Assembly (NCBI GenBank): GCA_016787665.1
Contig: JAEUUC010000009.1
Coordinates: 131,744-195,743 of the forward strand
DNA: 64,000 nucleotides
From: Cyclobacteriaceae bacterium
GTDB lineage: Bacteria; Bacteroidota; Bacteroidia; Cytophagales; Cyclobacteriaceae
Direction of reading: 5' to 3'
Positions 19,169 through 27,426 of the stretch are shown here, piece after piece. Both the position numbers and the translations under genes were made by a program. How positions within the stretch are numbered: the stretch's first letter is position 1; each line of letters begins with the position of its first letter. The notes below the pieces were generated by a model. It was not told the origin of the DNA, made no database searches, and saw nothing but the letters and a program-made list of their open reading frames with translations.

Positions 19169-19913
19169 AGAAAGGAATGTTGCTGATTAATCCGAGCTGC
19201 AGCGTGTGGTTGCTTTCTACCTGCGTGCCATTACTCTTTAGAACGAGCTGATTCAGATACCCAAACTCCAGTCGGCCAACCTTTGGAATGCGGTATCCCA
19301 GCGCCACGTAGGCACGATTCTGGTCAAACACATTCATTTTTACATTCTCGCCAAAGCTGATGAAGACTTCGTCATAAAACGTCACGTACCAGCTATTTTC
19401 CTCGATCGTTTCGCCCGTGAACGGAATGGAGAATCTCGTAAAAATCCGGAATCGATTCTGATAAACGGCTTCGCCCGGGGCAAAGCTGCCATCCGTTTGC
19501 TCAACGGGAAGATATTGCCAACGTTGCTCAAGCCGAAAACGACTGATCATTTCCCACTTGCGCAACTGGCTCTTGATCTGTGCCTGTTGCCAGAGCCGGT
19601 GCTCCGGAAAAGTGGCGGCCACCGGAAACTCTCCGTAGGGGTAGGTTTGAATAAAGGCATAGCCGGCTGTCAGAAATGTTTGATCGGTCAAATGATAATT
19701 GATACCGGTGCGCAAGAGCAACTGTTGCCAGGAGGTAATCACGTCATGGCGTCTGAACTGGGCCTCGAGATGCACGCCCCATTTGGAGGAAACCTTGTGA
19801 TCGCCAAAATACATGTACCATCCATTGCTGTTGGTCGTGTGTTGGCGCACACTTTGGCCCAGGGCGGACGTAGAAATGAGCAAAACGACAAATACTCGAA
19901 CATAAATCATCAC
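19155..19913 (-). CDS. DUF2490-family putative outer-membrane protein (second paralog)
   Basis: 252 aa. Signal MMIYVRVFVVLLISTSALGQS. Shares the HRLWQQAQIK...RFRLEQRW...NRFRIF pattern with the 13.5-kb copy. Confidence 0.7.
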   Translation of the reverse strand: MMIYVRVFVVLLISTSALGQSVRQHTTNSNGWYMYFGDHKVSSKWGVHLEAQFRRHDVITSWQQLLLRTGINYHLTDQTFLTAGYAFIQTYPYGEFPVAATFPEHRLWQQAQIKSQLRKWEMISRFRLEQRWQYLPVEQTDGSFAPGEAVYQNRFRIFTRFSIPFTGETIEENSWYVTFYDEVFISFGENVKMNVFDQNRAYVALGYRIPKVGRLEFGYLNQLVLKSNGTQVESNHTLQLGLISNIPFFKQP

Positions 19914-19920
19914 CGCAAAT

Positions 19921-22119
19921 TTATAAGGTTACGCGTACCATCCGTTGGGCGGCCGTCACAAACGCAACTGCCCATTGCTCCAATTCGGCAACCTCTCCGG
20001 TTGTGAGTGTATCCATTTTTTTGTAGAACAACAACTTGTGCTTGTGGCATTCTATGTGGATGGCATCATGTGTTTCCAGGAACGCGATGATATCCGGCTG
20101 GAAGAAGTCACGAATTTTATCTTCATCAAATCCTCGCAGGTAGTATTTGCGCGAAAACGCAGGAGCGCTTGAGAAATCGATGTCATGGCCATGAATAAGA
20201 TCCGACAGTCGGGTTCCCAAACTCTCCGGCTCCAGGGCGAAATCCGGTAACGGTAAATCCGTGTCCGTGATGAAAGCTACTGTAACCTGATTTTCCTTAC
20301 GCTCCTGGCGTACCCCTTCGATCAACGTGATATCACTGAACTCAATTTTGTGGGTGTCGGTGAACTTGCTCAGGATATTTTCTTCGTACTGAATTTGATT
20401 ACCCTTGGCTATCGGAAAATCCTTGTACTTAGCTGCTGTTCTCGCCTTTTGGGGAAAGAAGTTAAAATCCTGTTGTTCGGCATATCTGCGTAATTCCAAC
20501 TGGCGCGGTGTTAATCGGATCTCCACCTTGCTTTGCATGCCGGGGTCATATTTTCGTGTCGCCAGCGGGTGATTGGAAAGGGCCCTGAAGTTATCAAATC
20601 CCACGGTAAGAATGTCGTTACCTTGCTGGTGGCGCTGTTCTTCCAGGTGATGCAAAGCCTCCATAAACGTATGGTCTACGATTCGGGCATCGGCAAAGTT
20701 GATGATCACTTTCTTGCCGGGTTTAAACTGGTCAAACAACTTCTTGTAACCGATGAGATTCGAAAAAATAGCTGAGTCCCTGACTTTTACATGCTGCTCA
20801 TTCTCCGTCTCGAAGTACTCGTAGCGCGCCTTAAACAAACTGCGCAGAGGTGCGCCATTAATGATGTGAAACACGAGCTTCATCAAAATTCCCGCACCAA
20901 CACCCAGGAGCAAATCGGTGTACAGAGTGATTAAAATGGTGACGACAAAAATTACCAACTGCTCTGATCCGATCTTGTATGTTTTGAAAAATTCATTGGG
21001 TGAGGCCAGCCGATACCCCACCGCAATAAGCAATGCCGCCAGGGCCGTGTTGGGGATCATTTCAATTACCGGGATGAACAGCAGCATGGCCAGAAGTAAG
21101 AAAAAGCCGTGAAAGAAATTAGCCCAGCGTGTTCGCCCGCCAAACGAAACATTGGCCGAGCTTCGGGCAACTTCGGAAATCATCGGCAAGCCTCCCAAAA
21201 CCGCTGCGGTGGCATTGCCAATGCCTACGGCTACCAAGTCCTTGTTCGGATTAGATGCGCGTTTCCAGGGATCAAGCCCATCAATGGCTTTTACCGTAAG
21301 CAGGGACTCGAGGCTGTTGATAAACAGAAACATGAAAACATATTTCCAAAACACGGCCGTGCCGATCATGCCAAAATCAGCGTTGACCCCCACCATGCCC
21401 CAGAAATCTCCGATCTTCACCAGATCAAAGGCTGGTTCGGTATGTTTGAAATCCATAATCAGCGCCATGGGAATGGTAACACCCAACACCACCATGGGAG
21501 CCGGCACTTTTTTCACCCATTTGGATTTGATAAAAGGCATTCCAAAAATGATAACCAGGCTCACTACACCCACGAGTGTGACCCGAGGATCGGCATGAAC
21601 GATTGAGTGGGGAATCCGCTCGTAAAGTTCGAATGGCTCCAGGCCTTTTAACGTGGCCGGATCAATGCCCAGCAGAACGTGTATCTGCTTCGAAAAAATA
21701 ATCAGGCCGATGGCGGCCAACATACCGTGAACAGCCGAGTGTGGGAAAAAATCACTTAGGGTGCCAAACTTGAGGAAACCGAACGTGATTTGAATGGCGG
21801 CAGCCACCACAATGGCACCCAATGCAAAGTGCCAACCTTCGGCTCCACCGCCCATTTCAACCACGGCACCAGCACAAATAGTAATCAATCCGGCTGCCGG
21901 GCCCTTAATGGTAAGTCGCGAACCGGCAAACCAGCTTACCACCATGCCTCCGACCATCGCGGTGAGCACACCCATAGCAGGCGGAAACTCACTGGCTTTG
22001 GCGATACCCAGGCTGAGCGGTAAGGCTAATAAGAAAACGAGAAAACCGGAGACTGCATCGGCACGCCAATTCTGCTTAAGTCCGATGAGCCCATCTGATG
22101 GGATTTGTTGAGAAACCAT
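19921..22119 (-). CDS. SulP-family inorganic anion transporter with a STAS domain and an extra ~208-aa C-terminal region
   Basis: 732 aa. SulP N-terminus (NWRADAVSGFLVFLLALPLSLGIAKASEFPPAMGVLTAMVGG). STAS-like segment at about residues 440-520 (KKVIINFADARIVDHTFMEALHHLEE). Residues ~525-732 are unassigned. Confidence 0.9.
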   Translation of the reverse strand: MVSQQIPSDGLIGLKQNWRADAVSGFLVFLLALPLSLGIAKASEFPPAMGVLTAMVGGMVVSWFAGSRLTIKGPAAGLITICAGAVVEMGGGAEGWHFALGAIVVAAAIQITFGFLKFGTLSDFFPHSAVHGMLAAIGLIIFSKQIHVLLGIDPATLKGLEPFELYERIPHSIVHADPRVTLVGVVSLVIIFGMPFIKSKWVKKVPAPMVVLGVTIPMALIMDFKHTEPAFDLVKIGDFWGMVGVNADFGMIGTAVFWKYVFMFLFINSLESLLTVKAIDGLDPWKRASNPNKDLVAVGIGNATAAVLGGLPMISEVARSSANVSFGGRTRWANFFHGFFLLLAMLLFIPVIEMIPNTALAALLIAVGYRLASPNEFFKTYKIGSEQLVIFVVTILITLYTDLLLGVGAGILMKLVFHIINGAPLRSLFKARYEYFETENEQHVKVRDSAIFSNLIGYKKLFDQFKPGKKVIINFADARIVDHTFMEALHHLEEQRHQQGNDILTVGFDNFRALSNHPLATRKYDPGMQSKVEIRLTPRQLELRRYAEQQDFNFFPQKARTAAKYKDFPIAKGNQIQYEENILSKFTDTHKIEFSDITLIEGVRQERKENQVTVAFITDTDLPLPDFALEPESLGTRLSDLIHGHDIDFSSAPAFSRKYYLRGFDEDKIRDFFQPDIIAFLETHDAIHIECHKHKLLFYKKMDTLTTGEVAELEQWAVAFVTAAQRMVRVTL

Positions 22120-22207
22120 GGAATACGTTTAGTTGATTTGAAAATTGAACATGAGTTGGGCGCGAAACGCCCTCAACGGGGTCGGTGAACAACCCGAAAC
22201 AACTTGT

Positions 22208-22558
22208 TCAAATGATCAACGAACAGTGAAGCCGGAACAATGGCGGATGCCAATCAGCCCGAGCATTCAGAAGACCAGCTTTGACACGACTCGCCCCCTC
22301 GGCAAAACCGAAATCAACAACCGTAAGGCAATACAGCGTTGGCGCATCGGATGATTCTTTATATACGCGCTCCTCTTCATCGGGCTCAACAACACTTTGT
22401 ACCGCTCCATGAAGTTGCGACCTCTCCAGCCGACTACCCGGCTGGTCGTGCCTCGGTATTGCCTCACAAAAACAAAGCAGCAGCACCGGAATGAGCCACG
22501 CAGTCGCCAACGTGTAAGCTATACTCCGGAAAATAAAAGTATTACTGCTGCGCTTCAT
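22208..22558 (-). CDS. Hypothetical small secreted protein (weak call)
   Basis: ATG at 22558 gives MKRSSNTFIFRSIAYTLATAWLIPVLLLCFC (signal-like). No recognisable family. Lies 89 nt upstream of the SulP start on the same strand. Confidence 0.25.
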   Translation of the reverse strand: MKRSSNTFIFRSIAYTLATAWLIPVLLLCFCEAIPRHDQPGSRLERSQLHGAVQSVVEPDEEERVYKESSDAPTLYCLTVVDFGFAEGASRVKAGLLNARADWHPPLFRLHCSLII

Positions 22559-22581
22559 CGAAAAGAAATGCGAAAGCAAAC

Positions 22582-22995
22582 ATGATCTATTTCCGAGAAA
22601 AAAACCAACCGACTAAAACGAAAGTTCACAGCATTGCGTTACCTTGCCTGGTGACTTGTCCGGTTTTGATTCGATCGCTGGCATCTTTGCTGGTAGTGGT
22701 TTGCCTGACTCTTGAGGTTGGCTATGTATTGGAAAATACCTTGGCCCAAGATGCTACTCAATCAACCATTCGGGCATGTGACCATGATTTTAACCAAGCA
22801 CATGTCTGGCTACTGGCCGATGAGATTGAAGAAAACTCCGAAGGCAAGTCGAAAGAACAAAACGGCCTGGATATTCTGGTTGATGAGTCGGATAACCTCA
22901 GTAGGTTGTACAATGCGAAGTACGGTCAAGATACTTTCCTTACCGGGATGCGTGCTATTGCGCGCCATCTGAACCATCGGGTTCTGCGCATTTGA
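22582..22995 (+). CDS. Hypothetical protein upstream of dabA (weak call)
   Basis: 137-aa ORF with one hydrophobic segment (LASLLVVVCLTLEVGYVL) and an acidic middle. Its stop overlaps the TTG at 22992. No family recognised. Confidence 0.25.
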   Translation: MIYFREKNQPTKTKVHSIALPCLVTCPVLIRSLASLLVVVCLTLEVGYVLENTLAQDATQSTIRACDHDFNQAHVWLLADEIEENSEGKSKEQNGLDILVDESDNLSRLYNAKYGQDTFLTGMRAIARHLNHRVLRI

Positions 22996-23060
22996 TTTTG
23001 AAACTCAACGGGCCATTTGATGCCCTCCATTTGAGTCTTCAAAATTCACCGTATCAATTT

Positions 23061-25556
23061 ATGAACCCTGATTTCGATTCCGGCTTTCATGAGAAGCCAA
23101 CCCTAGAAAAAATAAAACACTACCTGCCCGCGCAGGCCCCGCTTAAAGATTTCATTCACCACAACACCCTTCATGCGTTCCAGGAGATGAAATTCTTCGA
23201 GGGAACCCGGCATGCTTCGGAGATTCTTGGATACAAGGTTTCGCTGAAGCTTCCGGAATACCGCGACCTGTTCAGGCATGGTCATATTCGGGAGGATGTG
23301 CTGGAGCACCGCATCGCCTTGCGCTATGGCCAGCAGGCGATACAGGAGTGGAAGGAGCGTCTTGTTACCAAACACTATGAAAAAGGACCGTTACCCCGAA
23401 TAGGTTCACTGCGTGCCCATTGGAAAAAGATATACCAAATCGATCTCGACTCACTCGTTCACCCAACACTTTTTCGCATTCTCTGCAGCTACCTGGACCA
23501 GGGTATCGCCATCTGGAATTTCCCTGTTTGGCATAAAGACTTTTTGGATTCTATCCGGGAAATGGAGAACCGGAGCTTCACGAGCTTCTTTCGAACTGCC
23601 CGGGCCAAAAAAATGCTGGCCGATGGTTCATTAAAAATAGAAGATCTTCTTGCTGTTGTTGTGGGTGACACGGCATTGTATGAGACTTATCTTTTTGATC
23701 AGCAATTTGCACATCAGGGATGGTCGGGGATGGTAGCTACGGTTGAAGACGCTCCGCAAACATTGCTCGATACCCGGCAAATAACCCTGCACGATCTGAT
23801 CATCTTTGAGTTATTGCTGGAAATTGACAGCCTTGACTACCGGCTCGATGATCAATGGCAACCTCTGGCCAGTCGTTTATCCGAAAAACCGGAGCCTCTT
23901 TTCAAAAAGGTAGAACAAACCGAATTGCACGCGGTACTGGAGCTTTGGCAAGAAGCCTTTGAGTGGAGTTACTACGATCAGGTATTAGCCGGTATTAACT
24001 CGCCAAAGCCAGAGTACCCTGCCATCGGCAGGCCAAGTTTTCAAGGGCTATTTTGTATTGATGACCGCGAATGCTCGCTACGAAGATATCTGGAGCGATT
24101 CGACCCAGCCTGTGCCACGTTTGGAACACCGGGCTTTTTTGGCGTGGAGTTTTTCTTTCAGCCTACCGATGGCAAGTTCTTAACCAAGTTATGCCCCGCC
24201 CCTGTCACACCGAAACACCTCATTCGGGAAGGAGGCGTGAAAGCTGACAACAAAAAGGATCTACACTTTACCAAACAAACCCACTCACTTTTCCGCGGCT
24301 GGCTGATATCGCAGACGCTTGGCTTTTGGTCGGCCCTGAAATTGTTTTTCAATATTTTCAACCCCACCATGGGACCGGCCACAGCCAGTTCGTTCAAGCA
24401 CATGAACAAGCAGGCACACTTGTCGGTAATCAACCAAAATCAGGAAAAGGAAAACGGGCTGCAGGTGGGCTACACCTTGGATGAAATGGCAAATCGGGTG
24501 GAAAGCCTTTTGAAAAGTATTGGGTTGGTCAAGAACTTCTCACCGCTGGTCTATGTAGTAGGGCACGGGTCCAGCAGCGTCAACAATCCGCATTTTGCTG
24601 CCTATGATTGCGGGGCTTGTTCCGGTCGGCCGGGTTCCGTTAATGCACGCGTGGTCTGCACGATGGCCAACCACCCCGGAGTGCGGGCGCTATTGATAAC
24701 CCGGGGGATCGTTATTCCGGATTCGACACGCTTTGTAGGCGCCTTGCATGACACCACGCGCGATGACATTGAGTTCTTTGACGAAATCCATTTGTCGGCC
24801 GAGCAGCTCAAACTTCATGTGACCAACATCGAAACGTTTAATCAAGCACTGAATTCAAATGCGAAAGAGCGCTCGCGCAGGTTTGAGTCGATTAATTCAC
24901 ACCTGACCGGACGGGAAATACATGAACAGGTTCGCTTGCGCAGCGTTTCCTTGTTTGAGCCGCGCCCGGAATTGAATCACGCCACCAATGCACTATGTAT
25001 TGTGGGTCGAAGAAGTATGACACGTGGCTTATTTCTTGATCGCAGGTCATTCATGAACTCGTATGATTACCAGGTAGATCCGGATGGCCAATATCTCTTT
25101 AACATTCTGAAAGCTGCCGCACCGGTATGTGGTGGTATCAATCTGGAGTATTTCTTCTCGCGGGTTGATAACCAGAAGCTCGGTGCCGGCACCAAGCTGC
25201 CGCACAACGTCATGGGTCTGTTTGGTGTGGCCAATGGCATCGATGGTGACCTCCGGCCCGGCTTACCCAGCCAGATGATTGAAGTTCATGATCCCGTGCG
25301 GCTGTTGATTATCGTGGAGCAGTTCCCGTCTGTTGTTCTCCAGACTATTCAACGCTCAAAAGAAACATACGAGTGGTTCATAAACGAGTGGGTTAACCTG
25401 GTCGTTGTTGACCCCGAAACACACGTGTGCTATGCGTTCAGCGATGGCCGTTTTCATCCGTACGAGCCCCTGGCGGGCAAACTTCCGCAGATTGACAACC
25501 TTGATCTTTTGCTGGAGACCAACGCTGAAAATTTACCGGTTTATTTAATCCCGTGA
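23061..25556 (+). CDS. dabA: DabA (DUF2309/UPF0753), catalytic subunit of the DAB inorganic-carbon pump
   Basis: Motifs LKDFIHHNTLHAF, FCIDDREC and VVGHGSSSVNNPHFAAYDCGACSG, plus a C-terminal YFFSRVDNQKLGAGTKLPHNV. I prefer the ATG at 23061 (MNPDFD...) over the TTG at 22992 used by the ORF track. Confidence 0.85.
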   Translation: MNPDFDSGFHEKPTLEKIKHYLPAQAPLKDFIHHNTLHAFQEMKFFEGTRHASEILGYKVSLKLPEYRDLFRHGHIREDVLEHRIALRYGQQAIQEWKERLVTKHYEKGPLPRIGSLRAHWKKIYQIDLDSLVHPTLFRILCSYLDQGIAIWNFPVWHKDFLDSIREMENRSFTSFFRTARAKKMLADGSLKIEDLLAVVVGDTALYETYLFDQQFAHQGWSGMVATVEDAPQTLLDTRQITLHDLIIFELLLEIDSLDYRLDDQWQPLASRLSEKPEPLFKKVEQTELHAVLELWQEAFEWSYYDQVLAGINSPKPEYPAIGRPSFQGLFCIDDRECSLRRYLERFDPACATFGTPGFFGVEFFFQPTDGKFLTKLCPAPVTPKHLIREGGVKADNKKDLHFTKQTHSLFRGWLISQTLGFWSALKLFFNIFNPTMGPATASSFKHMNKQAHLSVINQNQEKENGLQVGYTLDEMANRVESLLKSIGLVKNFSPLVYVVGHGSSSVNNPHFAAYDCGACSGRPGSVNARVVCTMANHPGVRALLITRGIVIPDSTRFVGALHDTTRDDIEFFDEIHLSAEQLKLHVTNIETFNQALNSNAKERSRRFESINSHLTGREIHEQVRLRSVSLFEPRPELNHATNALCIVGRRSMTRGLFLDRRSFMNSYDYQVDPDGQYLFNILKAAAPVCGGINLEYFFSRVDNQKLGAGTKLPHNVMGLFGVANGIDGDLRPGLPSQMIEVHDPVRLLIIVEQFPSVVLQTIQRSKETYEWFINEWVNLVVVDPETHVCYAFSDGRFHPYEPLAGKLPQIDNLDLLLETNAENLPVYLIP

Positions 25557-25557
25557 C

Positions 25558-27426
25558 ATGACCTCCCTGCTCGAAGTATTCATTCTCATTCCGCTGGCGG
25601 CATTCCTGATCAGCTTAGTCATTCCGGGCCGGAAAGAGACGCTGATGTCACAAGTAGCCTTCGTATCGGTTGGCCTTCATATGGTGTGTTTCCAGATCTT
25701 CCTACTTTACTGGCTGTGGCACGGGTATCCGGATCTGAATTTGAAGGACGTAGTCCTCTACAAAACGGATGGCTACGAGTTTTACCTGGATTTCAGGTTT
25801 GATGAAATCACAGCCACCCACGTGTTTGTCGGGTCGCTGCTCACGTTCCTGGTAACCATCTACAGCCGTTACTACCTTCACCGCGAAACCGGATACAAGC
25901 GCTTCTTCAACACCATCTTGCTTTTCTATCTCGGTTACAATGCTGTGGTTTTCTCCGGCAATCTCGAGACCTTGTTTATCGGGTGGGAGATTTTGGGCAT
26001 TTCATCTTTTTTACTGATTGCCTTCTACCGTGATCGGTATCTGCCGGTCAAGAATGCGGTAAAAGTATTTTCAATCTACCGGGTTGGTGATGTTGGCTTA
26101 CTACTGGCCATGTGGCTGCTCCACCACTTCTGGCATGAGAACATCACGTTTGAGGCGTTGGAAAACGTTGAATCCGTAAGTCAGCACCTCGAAAATCATC
26201 ACTGGAGCGGCATCTTTATCTCGCTCATGTTCCTGATTTCGGCTGCTGCCAAATCAGCCCAGCTCCCCTTCTCGTCCTGGTTGCCCCGGGCGATGGAAGG
26301 CCCCACGCCTTCAACCGCCATCTTCTACGGGTCATTATCAGTGCACATCGGGGTGTTTATCATGCTGCGTACCTTTCCCTTCTGGGAACATCAAACGCTG
26401 GTGCGCATAATCATTGGTGTGATGGGCCTGACGACCAGCGTTGTGGCCACCGGTATTGCCCGCGTGCAGTCATCGGTAAAGAGTCAGATCGCATACTCTT
26501 CGATAGCACAAATCGGATTGATTTTTATTGAAGTGGCGGCAGGCCTGGAAGCCATTGCACTCATTCACTTTGCCGGTAATGCCTTTCTCCGAACCTATCA
26601 GTTATTGGTATCGCCCTCCGTAGTCAGCTACCTGATACGCGAACAGTTCTATAATTTCAAGCCGCGTCAGCATACGATGGAGGATTCGTTGCCCAAACGC
26701 CTGGAGTACTCCTTCTACATCTTATGCCTTAAAGAATGGAACCTGGATGCGTTTCTCTACCGGTATTTCTGGAGCCCGATAAAATGGGCCGGGCGCAGAT
26801 TGAATTTTCTAGCTACTCACCGCATCCTGTTCTTTTTTGTACCGCTTTACCTGGTGGGGCTTTACAGCGTGTATCACAAAGAAATTGTGCCCCCCGGGCT
26901 GGTCAGTGCTCTTCCGTATATCTTTAGCACGATCGGCCTCGTGTTGGTACTTAAGTCATTCACGGAGCGAATTCATGCCCGCATCAGCTGGCTCATGGTG
27001 GTGATGAACCACTTCTGGGTAGCCCTGGCCGTGGCATTCAACGAAAACTTTACCTTCACCGAAATCCACATCTACCTCAGTGGCGTTGCCGTGTTTGGCC
27101 TGGTGGGGTACTACATCTTGTACCAAATCAAACAACAGGAGGGCACCATCAATCTTGATCAGTTTCACGGCTACTCGCATCAGCACCCGAAATACGGACT
27201 GATTTTTCTGCTTGCCTGCCTGGGTTGTATGGGCTTCCCCATCTCGCCCACCTTTGTGGGGGAGGATTTGATCTTCAATCACATTCACGAAGATCAGATT
27301 GTTCTGGCCTTCTTCACCTCACTCAGTTTTATCGTGGATGGTCTGGCCATCGTGAGAATTTACGCGCGTGTGTTCCTGGGGCCACACGCCAAATCGGTAT
27401 ACGAAATGGCCTACCGGTCGAGCTAA
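25558..27426 (+). CDS. dabB: DabB, NuoL/ND5/MrpA-like proton-conducting membrane subunit of the DAB pump
   Basis: 622 aa and polytopic. ND5-type motifs WEILGISSFLLIAFY, SAAKSAQLPFSSWLPRAMEGPTPSTAIFYGSLSVH and AYSSIAQIGLIF. Starts 1 nt after the dabA stop. Confidence 0.85.
   Translation: MTSLLEVFILIPLAAFLISLVIPGRKETLMSQVAFVSVGLHMVCFQIFLLYWLWHGYPDLNLKDVVLYKTDGYEFYLDFRFDEITATHVFVGSLLTFLVTIYSRYYLHRETGYKRFFNTILLFYLGYNAVVFSGNLETLFIGWEILGISSFLLIAFYRDRYLPVKNAVKVFSIYRVGDVGLLLAMWLLHHFWHENITFEALENVESVSQHLENHHWSGIFISLMFLISAAAKSAQLPFSSWLPRAMEGPTPSTAIFYGSLSVHIGVFIMLRTFPFWEHQTLVRIIIGVMGLTTSVVATGIARVQSSVKSQIAYSSIAQIGLIFIEVAAGLEAIALIHFAGNAFLRTYQLLVSPSVVSYLIREQFYNFKPRQHTMEDSLPKRLEYSFYILCLKEWNLDAFLYRYFWSPIKWAGRRLNFLATHRILFFFVPLYLVGLYSVYHKEIVPPGLVSALPYIFSTIGLVLVLKSFTERIHARISWLMVVMNHFWVALAVAFNENFTFTEIHIYLSGVAVFGLVGYYILYQIKQQEGTINLDQFHGYSHQHPKYGLIFLLACLGCMGFPISPTFVGEDLIFNHIHEDQIVLAFFTSLSFIVDGLAIVRIYARVFLGPHAKSVYEMAYRSS

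Noticed and set aside
21109-21606. 165-aa and 148-aa plus-strand ORFs
   Set aside because: Both lie antisense inside the SulP transporter gene.
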